Origin: an uncultured virus (IMG/VR IMGVR_UViG_3300017733_000002)
Taxonomy: Duplodnaviria > Heunggongvirae > Uroviricota > Caudoviricetes
Strand: one strand, 5' to 3'
IMG/VR virus record: IMGVR_UViG_3300017733_000002
DNA: 64,000 nucleotides
In this document: positions 29,252 through 38,378 of the stretch, in pieces
Numbering within the stretch: the stretch's first letter is position 1
Layout of the letters: every line of letters begins with the position of its first letter
Notes under the pieces: model-generated
Databases searched by the model: none
What the model was told of the DNA's origin: nothing
Seen by the model: the letters and a program-made list of their open reading frames with translations, nothing else
Translations under genes and position numbers: made by a program

Positions 29252-30106
29252 ATGGCATTTTTAGATAGATCATCTCTAATAGTAGACGCTGTCCTTACTA
29301 ATAAGGGCAGAGAAAGATTATCCTCGAATTCATTTGAGATAACAAAGTTTGCTTTAGGTGATGATGAAGTTGATTACAGCCTTTATAATGAGGCAAACAC
29401 TAATGGACCAAACTACTACGGTGTTGCAATAGAAAATATGCCTATATTAGAGGCAACAACAAAAGCAGATACTGCTCTAAAATTTAAATTGATCACTCTT
29501 CCACCAGGAACTGTAGAAACTCCACAAGTTGATTTAGGTATTCCAGCTAATGTTTCTATGACAGGTGAAGATGCTACAGTTTTTATTTCACCTAGCACAC
29601 TTAATATGGGTGGTGAAGAAGAGGAGTACATATTTGAACTAGCAGATGATCTCCCTATTGAAATAGTAGTTGGACAATTTACTGCTCCTAAAAATGTACA
29701 GGATCCTGCAGATGTTGCCTTAGAGGATCCAAATTTAATTGTACCAGAAGGTTCACTAGGAGTTTTTGGTACTGCTATGCCGGGTGAGAGAGTTGTATTT
29801 CAATTAGATGATGTATTTGATGCATCTCCAGGTGATATACTTAGAATAAGCGGCAACTACTGGAAGACAAATAACGGTGAGTATCTTATTGAGAGAATTA
29901 CAGAAGGTGGCAAAGGATACTCAGTTATGGCTAGAGGTAAATGGTCAAATAAAGAATACAGAAAATTTAAATACTCTATTTATAGAGGCCTAGTATCAGA
30001 AAAATTTAAAGAAGAAATACAGGGAAAACAACAAGGCATATTTAACGAACCTAATCCTGAAAAAGAAGTGGGTAAGGGTTTTAACATTAATCCAGGAGGA
30101 AAATAA
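29252..30106 (+). CDS. tail/baseplate structural protein, paralog B (N-terminal half)
   Basis: VDAVLTNKGRERL..FEITKFALGDDEVDY, clearly homologous to 28566. Confidence 0.7.
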   Translation: MAFLDRSSLIVDAVLTNKGRERLSSNSFEITKFALGDDEVDYSLYNEANTNGPNYYGVAIENMPILEATTKADTALKFKLITLPPGTVETPQVDLGIPANVSMTGEDATVFISPSTLNMGGEEEEYIFELADDLPIEIVVGQFTAPKNVQDPADVALEDPNLIVPEGSLGVFGTAMPGERVVFQLDDVFDASPGDILRISGNYWKTNNGEYLIERITEGGKGYSVMARGKWSNKEYRKFKYSIYRGLVSEKFKEEIQGKQQGIFNEPNPEKEVGKGFNINPGGK

Positions 30107-30462
30107 TGCCAGCAAAAGTAGGATACGGCGGTAAAGGAATGAAAGGCGGATTTAAATCAGCAATTTCAAAAAAAGCGCCTGCATCAGCTACAAAAACTGC
30201 AATTAAAAAGCAGAAGAAAAAAAGAAAAGCAAGATCGATTCCAGGTATAGTTAATAAAAAGATTCCTATAATACCAAGTATAAAGCCAACTAAACCACCG
30301 GCATTAGGAAAACCAAAAGGTTCACCTGTAACTATAACAGGAAGGTCAGCGACTTTAGTTTCTAAATTTGTTGATAAAGAACAAATAGTAGATTTGAAAA
30401 TTACGGGTTTACAATCAGGTGTGACAAAAACAATTAAGGTCACAGTTTACCCAAAAACTTAG
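30106..30462 (+). CDS. Lys-rich protein with C-terminus resembling paralog A
   Basis: ITGLQSGVTKTIKVTV versus VTGLTYGATKAVTVTV in paralog A. Confidence 0.6.
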   Translation: MPAKVGYGGKGMKGGFKSAISKKAPASATKTAIKKQKKKRKARSIPGIVNKKIPIIPSIKPTKPPALGKPKGSPVTITGRSATLVSKFVDKEQIVDLKITGLQSGVTKTIKVTVYPKT

Positions 30463-30499
30463 AATAATTATATTTATTACAGAATAGGAGAGCTAAGAA

Positions 30500-31525
30500 A
30501 TGGCACAGCAAGAAGGTATATTTACAACATTCGACGATGACGATAAGGTAACTAGTCAGATTAGTATCGTCTCATCCGGCATGTGGTCCGGTGGGGTCGG
30601 TACTTTGACTGCATTCCATACGTCATCCACACAAAGTGGAAGTACAGGACAACACTACTTAGATGTTTATAACGGTATTGTTGGTACTGATGCAACTGCA
30701 TCGGTTCAATTTTCTGTAGCATTTGGCCATTACGCTGGTTCTGGTTCAAAAGTAGGAGATGCAGATTACGCAGCATCAAAAGCAGTTTATAGACAGTTTA
30801 GAAATCTCTTACTACCACAAAATGAAGAGTTCTTTAACATAACAGGTGCAAGTGGTAATGCAACACAGTCATTAGCTATAGCAACTGTTTCAATGAATAG
30901 ATCACGTCTTAAAGAAAAGATGGATCCAGGTAACTGGGAGTTACGTGTTTCTGGTTCTGACGGAAAGACTTATAAGCTTATTGATGATAGTGGTGCTACA
31001 AGCGATCCTACAGTCAAGAAGACAACAAGAGAATTCAATGTTATATCTGGTTCTATAGAATCTGGTACTGCTGTATCACCTTCAGGTGAGGTTAAGTATT
31101 ATGGAAAATTCTATCCGGAGTCTGGCATTGTTATTGCAGACATAGCAACACTAGGTGGAGCTACTACTTTTGCTGGGTATAATATAACATCAACATCTGT
31201 TGATCGTAATAATACACAAAGACTTTATCAAGGAATCAGTGGATCTGGATACTTTGCTTCAAGGCGCGAAGAATCAATAAGATCTACGCATTACTTCTGT
31301 AGAGTAAAACACAGCATGTACAATCACTCTCAGAATCCTACGTACTTCACTGCTTCAACGAACGAACTTACAGTTCCTTCTTTTAGGACAGATCCGCAAT
31401 CATATATTACAACAGTTGGTTTATACAATGATGCTAATGAGCTATTAGCTGTAGCAAAACTTTCTAGACCAATTTTAAAATCTACTAGTAGAGAGGCACT
31501 AATTAAAGTAAGATTAGACTTCTAA
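30500..31525 (+). CDS. tail fibre / tail-collar-like structural protein
   Basis: C-terminal YITTVGLYNDANELLAVAKLSRPI. Confidence 0.7.
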   Translation: MAQQEGIFTTFDDDDKVTSQISIVSSGMWSGGVGTLTAFHTSSTQSGSTGQHYLDVYNGIVGTDATASVQFSVAFGHYAGSGSKVGDADYAASKAVYRQFRNLLLPQNEEFFNITGASGNATQSLAIATVSMNRSRLKEKMDPGNWELRVSGSDGKTYKLIDDSGATSDPTVKKTTREFNVISGSIESGTAVSPSGEVKYYGKFYPESGIVIADIATLGGATTFAGYNITSTSVDRNNTQRLYQGISGSGYFASRREESIRSTHYFCRVKHSMYNHSQNPTYFTASTNELTVPSFRTDPQSYITTVGLYNDANELLAVAKLSRPILKSTSREALIKVRLDF

Positions 31526-31590
31526 GCTTTATTGCTTAAACTAGGACAGTTTTAATTGTTGTAAAATATTTATTCTAAACAAGGATACGT

Positions 31591-32712
31591 ATGTTTACGC
31601 CAATCAGAAAAGAAGACAAGCAGGTAACACCTTACACAATTCATAAAGAGTTTACTGTACAGAATTATGCTGGCATTAATACTGCTACTGATTTGGGTAT
31701 TTTCCAAGCAGAAGCCATAACAGGTAGTTTACAAGGTTTTGCATCTAATGGAAGACCTGCATTTGAAACTAGTTCTGCACAGGTTAATACATTTGTAAGT
31801 GGTGGCAATACTTTTAATGTTTATAAAACACCGTTATATGAACAAATAAAACATAATTTTTTTGAATTTGCAAATCCTAATAATAGAGTTTCCTCACAGC
31901 CTCAGCCACAAAATGTATTAGATATATATTGTAGGCCGTGGGGACACCCTAAATCACATGAGACTGGTTCATTAACAACATTAAGTTTTGATGAAAAATC
32001 ATACCATTGGCAAACACTAGGATTAAGAAAAATTTATAATAAAGCAAATGTTGTAAGTATCCCACAAAATTTATTTGGCGAAGGAATTAGATCGGGTTCT
32101 ATTGAAATAACAGACTATTCTTCTGGTGATGCTTTGACTATAGTTGATGACGGCTATGGAAACTTGTATGACCAAGCATATGAAACAGAGTTTAATAACG
32201 GAAGACCAACAGCTGACGGCTCAGGTTCAGCATTAGGTGTGGTTTCTTATGAGTACGGCCTAGTAATGCTTTCAACAACTTCAAGTTATTATGAAGGAAT
32301 TGCTAGCGGATCAGGTGCAACTGGCTGGAAATTAAAGTGGGAATCAACAAAAACTGTATATGAGCATGAATATCAGTGTATAATTCCTTCAGAAAAATAT
32401 AATGCGTCAACAAATATAAGCACAACTTTTCAGAGGAGTGGAAGCATAACTATACCTTCATCGTCTGTCTCTAGTCTAGATTTATTAAGACAAGTAATGC
32501 CACCTGCAGAATCACAGTATAGTACAGGAAGTTCTATAAATGCTGCGACTACTACAGAAGGATTTGTAACACATTCATTTTTTGCACCTTATATTACAAC
32601 AGTCGGATTGTATAACGATGCAGGAGACTTATTAGCAGTAGCAAAAACTTCAAGAGCGATTAGAAATGACCCTGAGATAGCTATGTCATTTGTTGTGCGA
32701 TTTGATATTTAA
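31591..32712 (+). CDS. tail structural protein, paralog of 30500
   Basis: DDGYGNL and C-terminal YITTVGLYNDAGDLLAVAK. Confidence 0.7.
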   Translation: MFTPIRKEDKQVTPYTIHKEFTVQNYAGINTATDLGIFQAEAITGSLQGFASNGRPAFETSSAQVNTFVSGGNTFNVYKTPLYEQIKHNFFEFANPNNRVSSQPQPQNVLDIYCRPWGHPKSHETGSLTTLSFDEKSYHWQTLGLRKIYNKANVVSIPQNLFGEGIRSGSIEITDYSSGDALTIVDDGYGNLYDQAYETEFNNGRPTADGSGSALGVVSYEYGLVMLSTTSSYYEGIASGSGATGWKLKWESTKTVYEHEYQCIIPSEKYNASTNISTTFQRSGSITIPSSSVSSLDLLRQVMPPAESQYSTGSSINAATTTEGFVTHSFFAPYITTVGLYNDAGDLLAVAKTSRAIRNDPEIAMSFVVRFDI

Positions 32713-32730
32713 TATAAACGGAGAACCGCA

Positions 32731-32793
32731 ATGTGTAATTGTAAAGATTGTAAATGTGAAGAATCTTGTGAATGTAAATGTTGTGTGTGTTAA
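32731..32793 (+). CDS. metallothionein-like 20-aa peptide
   Basis: MCNCKDCKCEESCECKCCVC (9 Cys); GGAG RBS 7 nt upstream; occupies the intergenic gap. Confidence 0.65.
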   Translation: MCNCKDCKCEESCECKCCVC

Positions 32794-32812
32794 GTAAGAT
32801 AGGAGAAAACAG

Positions 32813-34111
32813 ATGTTGAAGAAAATTATAATAGGCTTATTGTTAACCTCATCTTTGTTTAGTCAGATAAGTGATAATAACTTTTTTGTAAACTTTTTTA
32901 AGTATTCAACAGCTTATGCGAGTTTTAGTTTAAATGCACCAAGACACCAAGACGATAGATTTGCTATTGTTGGTGGTTTGTCTACAGGCGACCTAGTATT
33001 TGAAAGGTCTGAAAGAGAGTTGAAACCTGACTTTCAAAAATCATTTGGTATTAGGAAAATTGGTAGATTTAAATATGAACCCAAAAGAGGTGTTAGGAAT
33101 GCAGGAAAAGGTGGAGAGTGGTATGATGGATCAGAACAAAATGCTAATGAAAGTGCTACATTTGGACCGGTTAAAGGTTGGGAATTTTTAGTTAAATGGT
33201 CAGAAGGTAGACAGTGGGGCAATGAATACTTAAATCAAGAATATTGGTTAAGGTATGTTGGCTCATGGTATGTTGCTAAAGTAGCTTGGACTGAGTTAGG
33301 CTTAGAAGAAATAAATTACGGTTCTGCAGACTTTAGGTTAAAAGCAAATGCTATTGATAATAAATTTAGTTTTAGCGCAGGTGTAAAACACAGACAGCAT
33401 CCCGTATATGGATTTGATGCTGCAATTTTAGACACTACTTGGTATAGAGGACAATGGTGGAACTTTGCTGAAGATGCATTTGGAATAGATGATAATATGT
33501 GGTTTGATCCAACAATGCAAGATGAAGATGGGAACTGGTTAAAGCAACAACTATACGAATATGACCCTATTACAGGTGAGTTAAAAGAAATTGAAGGCGC
33601 TGGACCATTTTGGAATGAAGGTGGTGAGTATTGGGGACACGATTGGTTATGGAGAGATGCTGATGGCCGGATCTTCGCATATACAGATAGAGAATATTTC
33701 CTGTATCATTTCCCTGGTATGTTGGAAAAATACATCGATGGGAAAAAGAAAGATCTTGGATTTCAGCGAGAAACTTCTATAGTTTTAGGAGCTGACTTTT
33801 ATCATTATTCCGATAATTGGTGGTTGCATGCTTGGGGTAATTGGATGCCGTATCATTATGGACACGACTTATATTCTTACCATAATGCAGATGCTTATGC
33901 TGAGCACAAAGAAGATAAAAAGAAGCCACACGAATTTATGTTTATGGAACCAATGTGGATGCAATGGCATGATTACGATTTTGGTGCGATATTTGGTGTT
34001 AAGATAAAGGACAATCTTGGAGTTTTCGCAGAAGGCAAATATTTATATTATTGGGAACGTCCTGCTTATGATATTAAGTTAGGCATAAATTATCAGTGGA
34101 TGGGATTTTAA
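32813..34111 (+). CDS. putative outer-membrane beta-barrel protein
   Basis: Sec signal (MLKKIIIGLLLTSSLFS), aromatic-rich strands and a BAM-like C-terminus KLGINYQWMGF. Confidence 0.7.
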   Translation: MLKKIIIGLLLTSSLFSQISDNNFFVNFFKYSTAYASFSLNAPRHQDDRFAIVGGLSTGDLVFERSERELKPDFQKSFGIRKIGRFKYEPKRGVRNAGKGGEWYDGSEQNANESATFGPVKGWEFLVKWSEGRQWGNEYLNQEYWLRYVGSWYVAKVAWTELGLEEINYGSADFRLKANAIDNKFSFSAGVKHRQHPVYGFDAAILDTTWYRGQWWNFAEDAFGIDDNMWFDPTMQDEDGNWLKQQLYEYDPITGELKEIEGAGPFWNEGGEYWGHDWLWRDADGRIFAYTDREYFLYHFPGMLEKYIDGKKKDLGFQRETSIVLGADFYHYSDNWWLHAWGNWMPYHYGHDLYSYHNADAYAEHKEDKKKPHEFMFMEPMWMQWHDYDFGAIFGVKIKDNLGVFAEGKYLYYWERPAYDIKLGINYQWMGF

Positions 34112-34112
34112 A

Positions 34113-34688
34113 ATGAGAAGGTTAGTATTATTATTAAGTGCTGCTATGTTTTTACACTTTAGTTGTGAAGACAGTAGAGTAGAAGAGAAACTAGAAGAAA
34201 ACATTGAGATGTGGGTAAATGGTTCAGAGTTTAATGTTCGTGAGTATTACGAAAGTATTACAACATACGGAGCTGCTGTTACACAAGAAGACGGATCTAT
34301 AAAAAAGATATTTGTATTGCACTTTCAAAGAGAAGACGGAAGAGTTACACCTGAGAAAGAACACTATGCTCTAATTATGTATGATGATGCAGGCCAAGAC
34401 AATGGTCAGTTAATAGATACAAAATTATATTTAGGTGGTACACAAATGGATTCATTACTACTACAAACTACAAGTGGTAGAATTACATTAGAGATTGTTG
34501 GATTATCTGATTTTACAGAATTTGCTCAAGCATCAATACAAAAATATGAAGATGGTAAAATTAGTGGTATTGCAGACGGATACTTTTTCAATCCATATAG
34601 AAATGAAATGCAACACGGAATAATTATTTTTGATAACTTAGTAGTAGGGACAGATCCTGAAGCTACATTTTATCAGGGAGTATATTAA
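34113..34688 (+). CDS. lipoprotein
   Basis: MRRLVLLLSAAMFLHFS-C followed by an acidic segment. Confidence 0.7.
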   Translation: MRRLVLLLSAAMFLHFSCEDSRVEEKLEENIEMWVNGSEFNVREYYESITTYGAAVTQEDGSIKKIFVLHFQREDGRVTPEKEHYALIMYDDAGQDNGQLIDTKLYLGGTQMDSLLLQTTSGRITLEIVGLSDFTEFAQASIQKYEDGKISGIADGYFFNPYRNEMQHGIIIFDNLVVGTDPEATFYQGVY

Positions 34689-34927
34689 TGGCAGATTTAA
34701 AACTGGAAAGAGGTAAAACTAAGATTTTGCAAGCTGAAGGCGATAAGTATAAGAGAGGTTTATTAGTAAAACTGCTAGAAGACGGCGGGTATAAAGTTGC
34801 TTACTGGTATGAAGATGCAAGTAAAGTAGCACCTGTTGAAATGATAGTAGATGGTGATAGCATTAAAAAAGATGCGAATGTAGTAGAATTAAAGTTTCAC
34901 CCTAAAGATTATTATAAGGACAAATAA
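34688..34927 (+). CDS. hypothetical protein
   Basis: TAATG coupling. Confidence 0.65.
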   Translation: MADLKLERGKTKILQAEGDKYKRGLLVKLLEDGGYKVAYWYEDASKVAPVEMIVDGDSIKKDANVVELKFHPKDYYKDK

Positions 34928-35505
34928 TGAACGGTGACGTTAAAATAGGAAAGCTACTTTGTGAAGAAGACATAATCACAAAGAGACAGCTAAATCAGGC
35001 TTTACAGGCTCAAGTCAAAGGTGACAAAAGATCTTTAGGCGAGATACTAGTAGATAAAGGTTTTTGCTCACTAGAAGATATTACAGAAGTGCTGTTAAAA
35101 ACTGATTCTCATCATGAAGAAAAGCAAGAAGAGATTTCAGAAAAGATAGAAGCAAAAGAAGAGCCAACTGAATTAAGTGAGGATACAAAGTTTTCAATGT
35201 CAATCGGCACAATGATAGGTGTTGGAACAGCAATAGCTTCTGTTGTAGGAGTTTATTATATGCTTATTGGTGAGATAGAAGAAGCAAAAGAATTACCGAG
35301 TCTGGAAACACTTTATAAAGCGGAATACCCTTCAAGGCCAGAAGGTTATAACTGGCCCAGATCCTATGAGCAGTATAAGGATCAAGTAGGAACACTTCAA
35401 GATGACATGGATGATATGTATGAAACTGTTGAAGAGTTAGAGGAATTAATTAAAGATTTACAGAAAGAAGTACGAGACCTCGAGAAGAGGAAACGTGACA
35501 AGTAG
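34927..35505 (+). CDS. MshEN (c-di-GMP-binding-like) domain + TM + coiled-coil protein
   Basis: KIGKLLCEEDIITKRQLNQALQAQ and RSLGEILVDKGFCSLEDITEVL form a tandem MshEN motif; TM at about aa 92-113; C-terminal heptads. Confidence 0.75.
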   Translation: MNGDVKIGKLLCEEDIITKRQLNQALQAQVKGDKRSLGEILVDKGFCSLEDITEVLLKTDSHHEEKQEEISEKIEAKEEPTELSEDTKFSMSIGTMIGVGTAIASVVGVYYMLIGEIEEAKELPSLETLYKAEYPSRPEGYNWPRSYEQYKDQVGTLQDDMDDMYETVEELEELIKDLQKEVRDLEKRKRDK

Positions 35506-35514
35506 GAGTTAGTT

Positions 35515-35886
35515 ATGAGAAAGTTGCTTTTATTTTTATTTCTGTTTGCTTCATTAGGGGCACAAGTAACAGACAAAAATTTTAAAGATAAAACAGGTGA
35601 TGGAGTCGCGGTTGTTGTTTTCACTTCAAAGTGGGCAGAAAGCGACGGAATGGACTATGTTAAAGGTGTAAAAGGACATGAAGATGCAGTTGTAATTAAA
35701 GCAGCTTCAGAAGACACCAAAAAAGTTTGCAAGAAATTAAGGTTAAGAAACTTTCCTTCTATAGCTTTGTTTGTCAATGGTGATAAAATAGACACTTGGA
35801 AAGGTGACATGGATGGAATAATAGAAGTTGAACCTAAAGATATTAAAGAAGCAATAGAAGATGCAATAGGTGGAGATGTTTTCTAA
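35515..35886 (+). CDS. secreted thioredoxin-fold protein lacking CxxC
   Basis: Signal peptide, VTDKNF, VVVFTSKWAES in place of WCGPC, and cis-Pro FPSI. Confidence 0.7.
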   Translation: MRKLLLFLFLFASLGAQVTDKNFKDKTGDGVAVVVFTSKWAESDGMDYVKGVKGHEDAVVIKAASEDTKKVCKKLRLRNFPSIALFVNGDKIDTWKGDMDGIIEVEPKDIKEAIEDAIGGDVF

Positions 35887-36284
35887 TGATTAAGTTAAAA
35901 GATCTATTATTTGAGCAGCTAACAGACAATGATATTAAAGTTGGTGATGCTTATCATGTAAAAAGCCATATTGGCTATATGGTAAATTTTGTATATGAAA
36001 AAGAAAGAAGGGGTGGAGCAATACAAGTTGAATACCAATTTAAGCCCCAATATGGGGATCCCGGATTTATGGCAGTTGGTTCAGGACCAGCTGAAAGTGT
36101 TGATGGATGGGGCAAAAATAAAAAAATTAAAGTTACATCTAAGATGAAAAAAATGATGATGAAAACTCTAAAAGATGCTATTGACAGTAAGTACAATGGC
36201 TCTGAAGAGACAGATGTTTTATTAAGAAACAGAGGAATGGTTGGATCACTATACGCAGTATTAGGTTGGACCAAGAGGCTATAG
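35886..36284 (+). CDS. MIKLKDLL-leader protein (putative head internal protein)
   Basis: Leader shared with 41047 and 41340. Confidence 0.65.
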   Translation: MIKLKDLLFEQLTDNDIKVGDAYHVKSHIGYMVNFVYEKERRGGAIQVEYQFKPQYGDPGFMAVGSGPAESVDGWGKNKKIKVTSKMKKMMMKTLKDAIDSKYNGSEETDVLLRNRGMVGSLYAVLGWTKRL

Positions 36285-36294
36285 GAGAAAAGTT

Positions 36295-36708
36295 ATGGGA
36301 TTATTAAGTACATTAGCAAAAGGTGCAGGAAGTTTATTAGGCGGAGATGCGCTTAAAGACGTAGGAAATATAATAGACGACCTACATACATCAGGTGAAG
36401 AAAAAGCCGCTGCTAAGGAAAGAATTACACAGATAATAGCTCAAGCAGAACAAGCTGCTCAAGCACAAGTATCAGCAAGATGGGAAGCCGACATGAAACA
36501 CGGCAGCTGGTTATCAAAAAATATAAGACCACTAACATTAATCTTTCTTACAGTGATATTTACTATATTAAGCATCTTTGATGGCAATCTAGGAGAGTTC
36601 ACGATCGGTGCAGCATATGTACCAGTTTATCAAACTCTACTAATGACCGTTTATGCTGCTTACTTTGCTGGAAGATCAATAGAAAAAGTTAAGAAGGTGA
36701 CAAAATAA
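36295..36708 (+). CDS. holin (GTA 3TM-holin-like)
   Basis: DDLHTS.EEK, RW.ADM...SWL.KNIRP, TM helices and YF.GRS.EK. Confidence 0.75.
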   Translation: MGLLSTLAKGAGSLLGGDALKDVGNIIDDLHTSGEEKAAAKERITQIIAQAEQAAQAQVSARWEADMKHGSWLSKNIRPLTLIFLTVIFTILSIFDGNLGEFTIGAAYVPVYQTLLMTVYAAYFAGRSIEKVKKVTK

Positions 36709-37628
36709 TGAATGAATCAGTTTATAAGTTTAGAAGAATGACAGCTTCAGATATGGACGAGTTAGATGCTCAGTTGAGTAGAGACAATGTAAAGGGAACA
36801 CCTGATTTTGACAAGATGACTTATACCATTCACAGTCCTAAAAAATCTGTGTATTTAGATTATTATATAAAAACTAAATATAAGAAATTCAAACCAAAAA
36901 GAATTAGAGAATCTGTAGAGTCTGTAAATGAAAACGATAGAGAGACTTATAAGCAGTATTTTAAAGACAATAAATATTTTAGAAAAGAAATGATTAAAAT
37001 TGAAAAGTATGCTAAAGGTGTGCAATCATATATGAAAAGAGGTGACTTTGGTTTTGCAACACAGATACTTGGAGACATTAAATTTCAAGTTGATAATGTA
37101 CTAGAAGAAATAGCAGATGAATTTGATAGACCAGATTTAGTAGACCATGTATTGCGCGAGTCACCTGAAAAGCAACCTGACTACTATAAAGGGCTTTCTA
37201 AAAAAGATAAAGAAGAGAGAGAAAGAGTTATTAAGCGTAGATCAAAAATGGATAGCGACGACCCTAAGGCTTATAAGGGCTTCCGCTCTGACAAAGGTGT
37301 GAAGTCAACCAAGAAGTCTCAATACACGTCTAAATTTAAAAAAATGTTTGGTGAGTTATCAGAAGAAGATAAAAAAACTGTAACAGAAAAATTAAATGCT
37401 AAAATTCGCAAGTCATTAAAGAATAAAGCTAAAAAAGCAAATGCACCAATGGGAGCACTAACAACAATTTATAACAAAGGTCTAGCAGCTTGGAGAACAG
37501 GACACAGACCGGGTGCTAATCAACATGCATGGGCAATGGCAAGAGTTAATTCAGTTTTAACTGGTGGTAAAGCAAGAAAAGTTGATGCTGCACAGTGGAA
37601 ACAGATTTCTAAACACAGGAAAAAATAA
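36708..37628 (+). CDS. multi-module basic phage protein (DUF5824-like C-terminus)
   Basis: YYKGLS, S.YT.KFKKMFG, YNKGLAAWRTGHRPG...WAMARVNS. Confidence 0.6.
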   Translation: MNESVYKFRRMTASDMDELDAQLSRDNVKGTPDFDKMTYTIHSPKKSVYLDYYIKTKYKKFKPKRIRESVESVNENDRETYKQYFKDNKYFRKEMIKIEKYAKGVQSYMKRGDFGFATQILGDIKFQVDNVLEEIADEFDRPDLVDHVLRESPEKQPDYYKGLSKKDKEERERVIKRRSKMDSDDPKAYKGFRSDKGVKSTKKSQYTSKFKKMFGELSEEDKKTVTEKLNAKIRKSLKNKAKKANAPMGALTTIYNKGLAAWRTGHRPGANQHAWAMARVNSVLTGGKARKVDAAQWKQISKHRKK

Positions 37629-38083
37629 TGTCAGTATATGAAAATAAAGGACCTTGCTGGACAGGTTATAAGCAAGTAGGCATGAAAAAAGGAAAGAAAG
37701 GTAATCAAGTTCCTAACTGTGTTAAGGAGCATTGTGGATGTGAGTCTGATCATTACGATGTCTATAATGAAGAAGCAGGCACAGGTTATACTCTATCATT
37801 TCCCAGGCTTTCAGAAGATCTTAAAGAAGCAGAGTATCAAGGACGAAAAGTAAAATTAAATAAACCTATGCAGGGCGACAAGAAAAAATTTAAAGTATAC
37901 GTTAAAAATAAAAAAGGCAATATTGTTGTAGTTCATTTTGGACAAGGTGGTGACGCAAAAGGCGGCACAATGAGAATTCGAAAATCAAATCCAAAAGCAA
38001 GAGCATCATTTAGGGCAAGACATAATTGTGATAACCCAGGACCAAGATACAAAGCTCGTTATTGGTCATGTAAGGCGTGGTAA
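37628..38083 (+). CDS. phage protein with CW.GY..VPNCV and SFRARH.C modules
   Basis: Motifs recognised from large phages; function unknown. Confidence 0.65.
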   Translation: MSVYENKGPCWTGYKQVGMKKGKKGNQVPNCVKEHCGCESDHYDVYNEEAGTGYTLSFPRLSEDLKEAEYQGRKVKLNKPMQGDKKKFKVYVKNKKGNIVVVHFGQGGDAKGGTMRIRKSNPKARASFRARHNCDNPGPRYKARYWSCKAW

Positions 38084-38084
38084 T

Positions 38085-38366
38085 ATGAATTTAAAAGAAT
38101 TTTTAAAATTAAGTGAAGCATATGATCCTAAAGAATATGCAGCAACAAAGCGCGATGTTAAAAAATTAGAAATGAAATGTAAAAAAGCAGAAAAGCTTTT
38201 AGCAGATATTTCTAAAGATTTTGTAAAAATACACAACGGTGCCCCATCAAGCCATACAGTATTATACAATCATAAATATAAATTTAATGACCTTGCAAGA
38301 GATGCATCGGTCCTGTTTGATAGTTGGTTTAGTTTTCTATATGAAGACGGTGACTATATAAAATAA
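38085..38366 (+). CDS. MNLKEFL..E-leader protein
   Basis: ATG at 38085 directly follows the upstream stop. Confidence 0.6.
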   Translation: MNLKEFLKLSEAYDPKEYAATKRDVKKLEMKCKKAEKLLADISKDFVKIHNGAPSSHTVLYNHKYKFNDLARDASVLFDSWFSFLYEDGDYIK

Positions 38367-38378
38367 AAGGAGACAGTT

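Noticed and set aside
31524..31540. AAGC-tttatt-GCTT hairpin as a terminator
   Set aside because: The stem is short and weak, with no adjacent U-tract.
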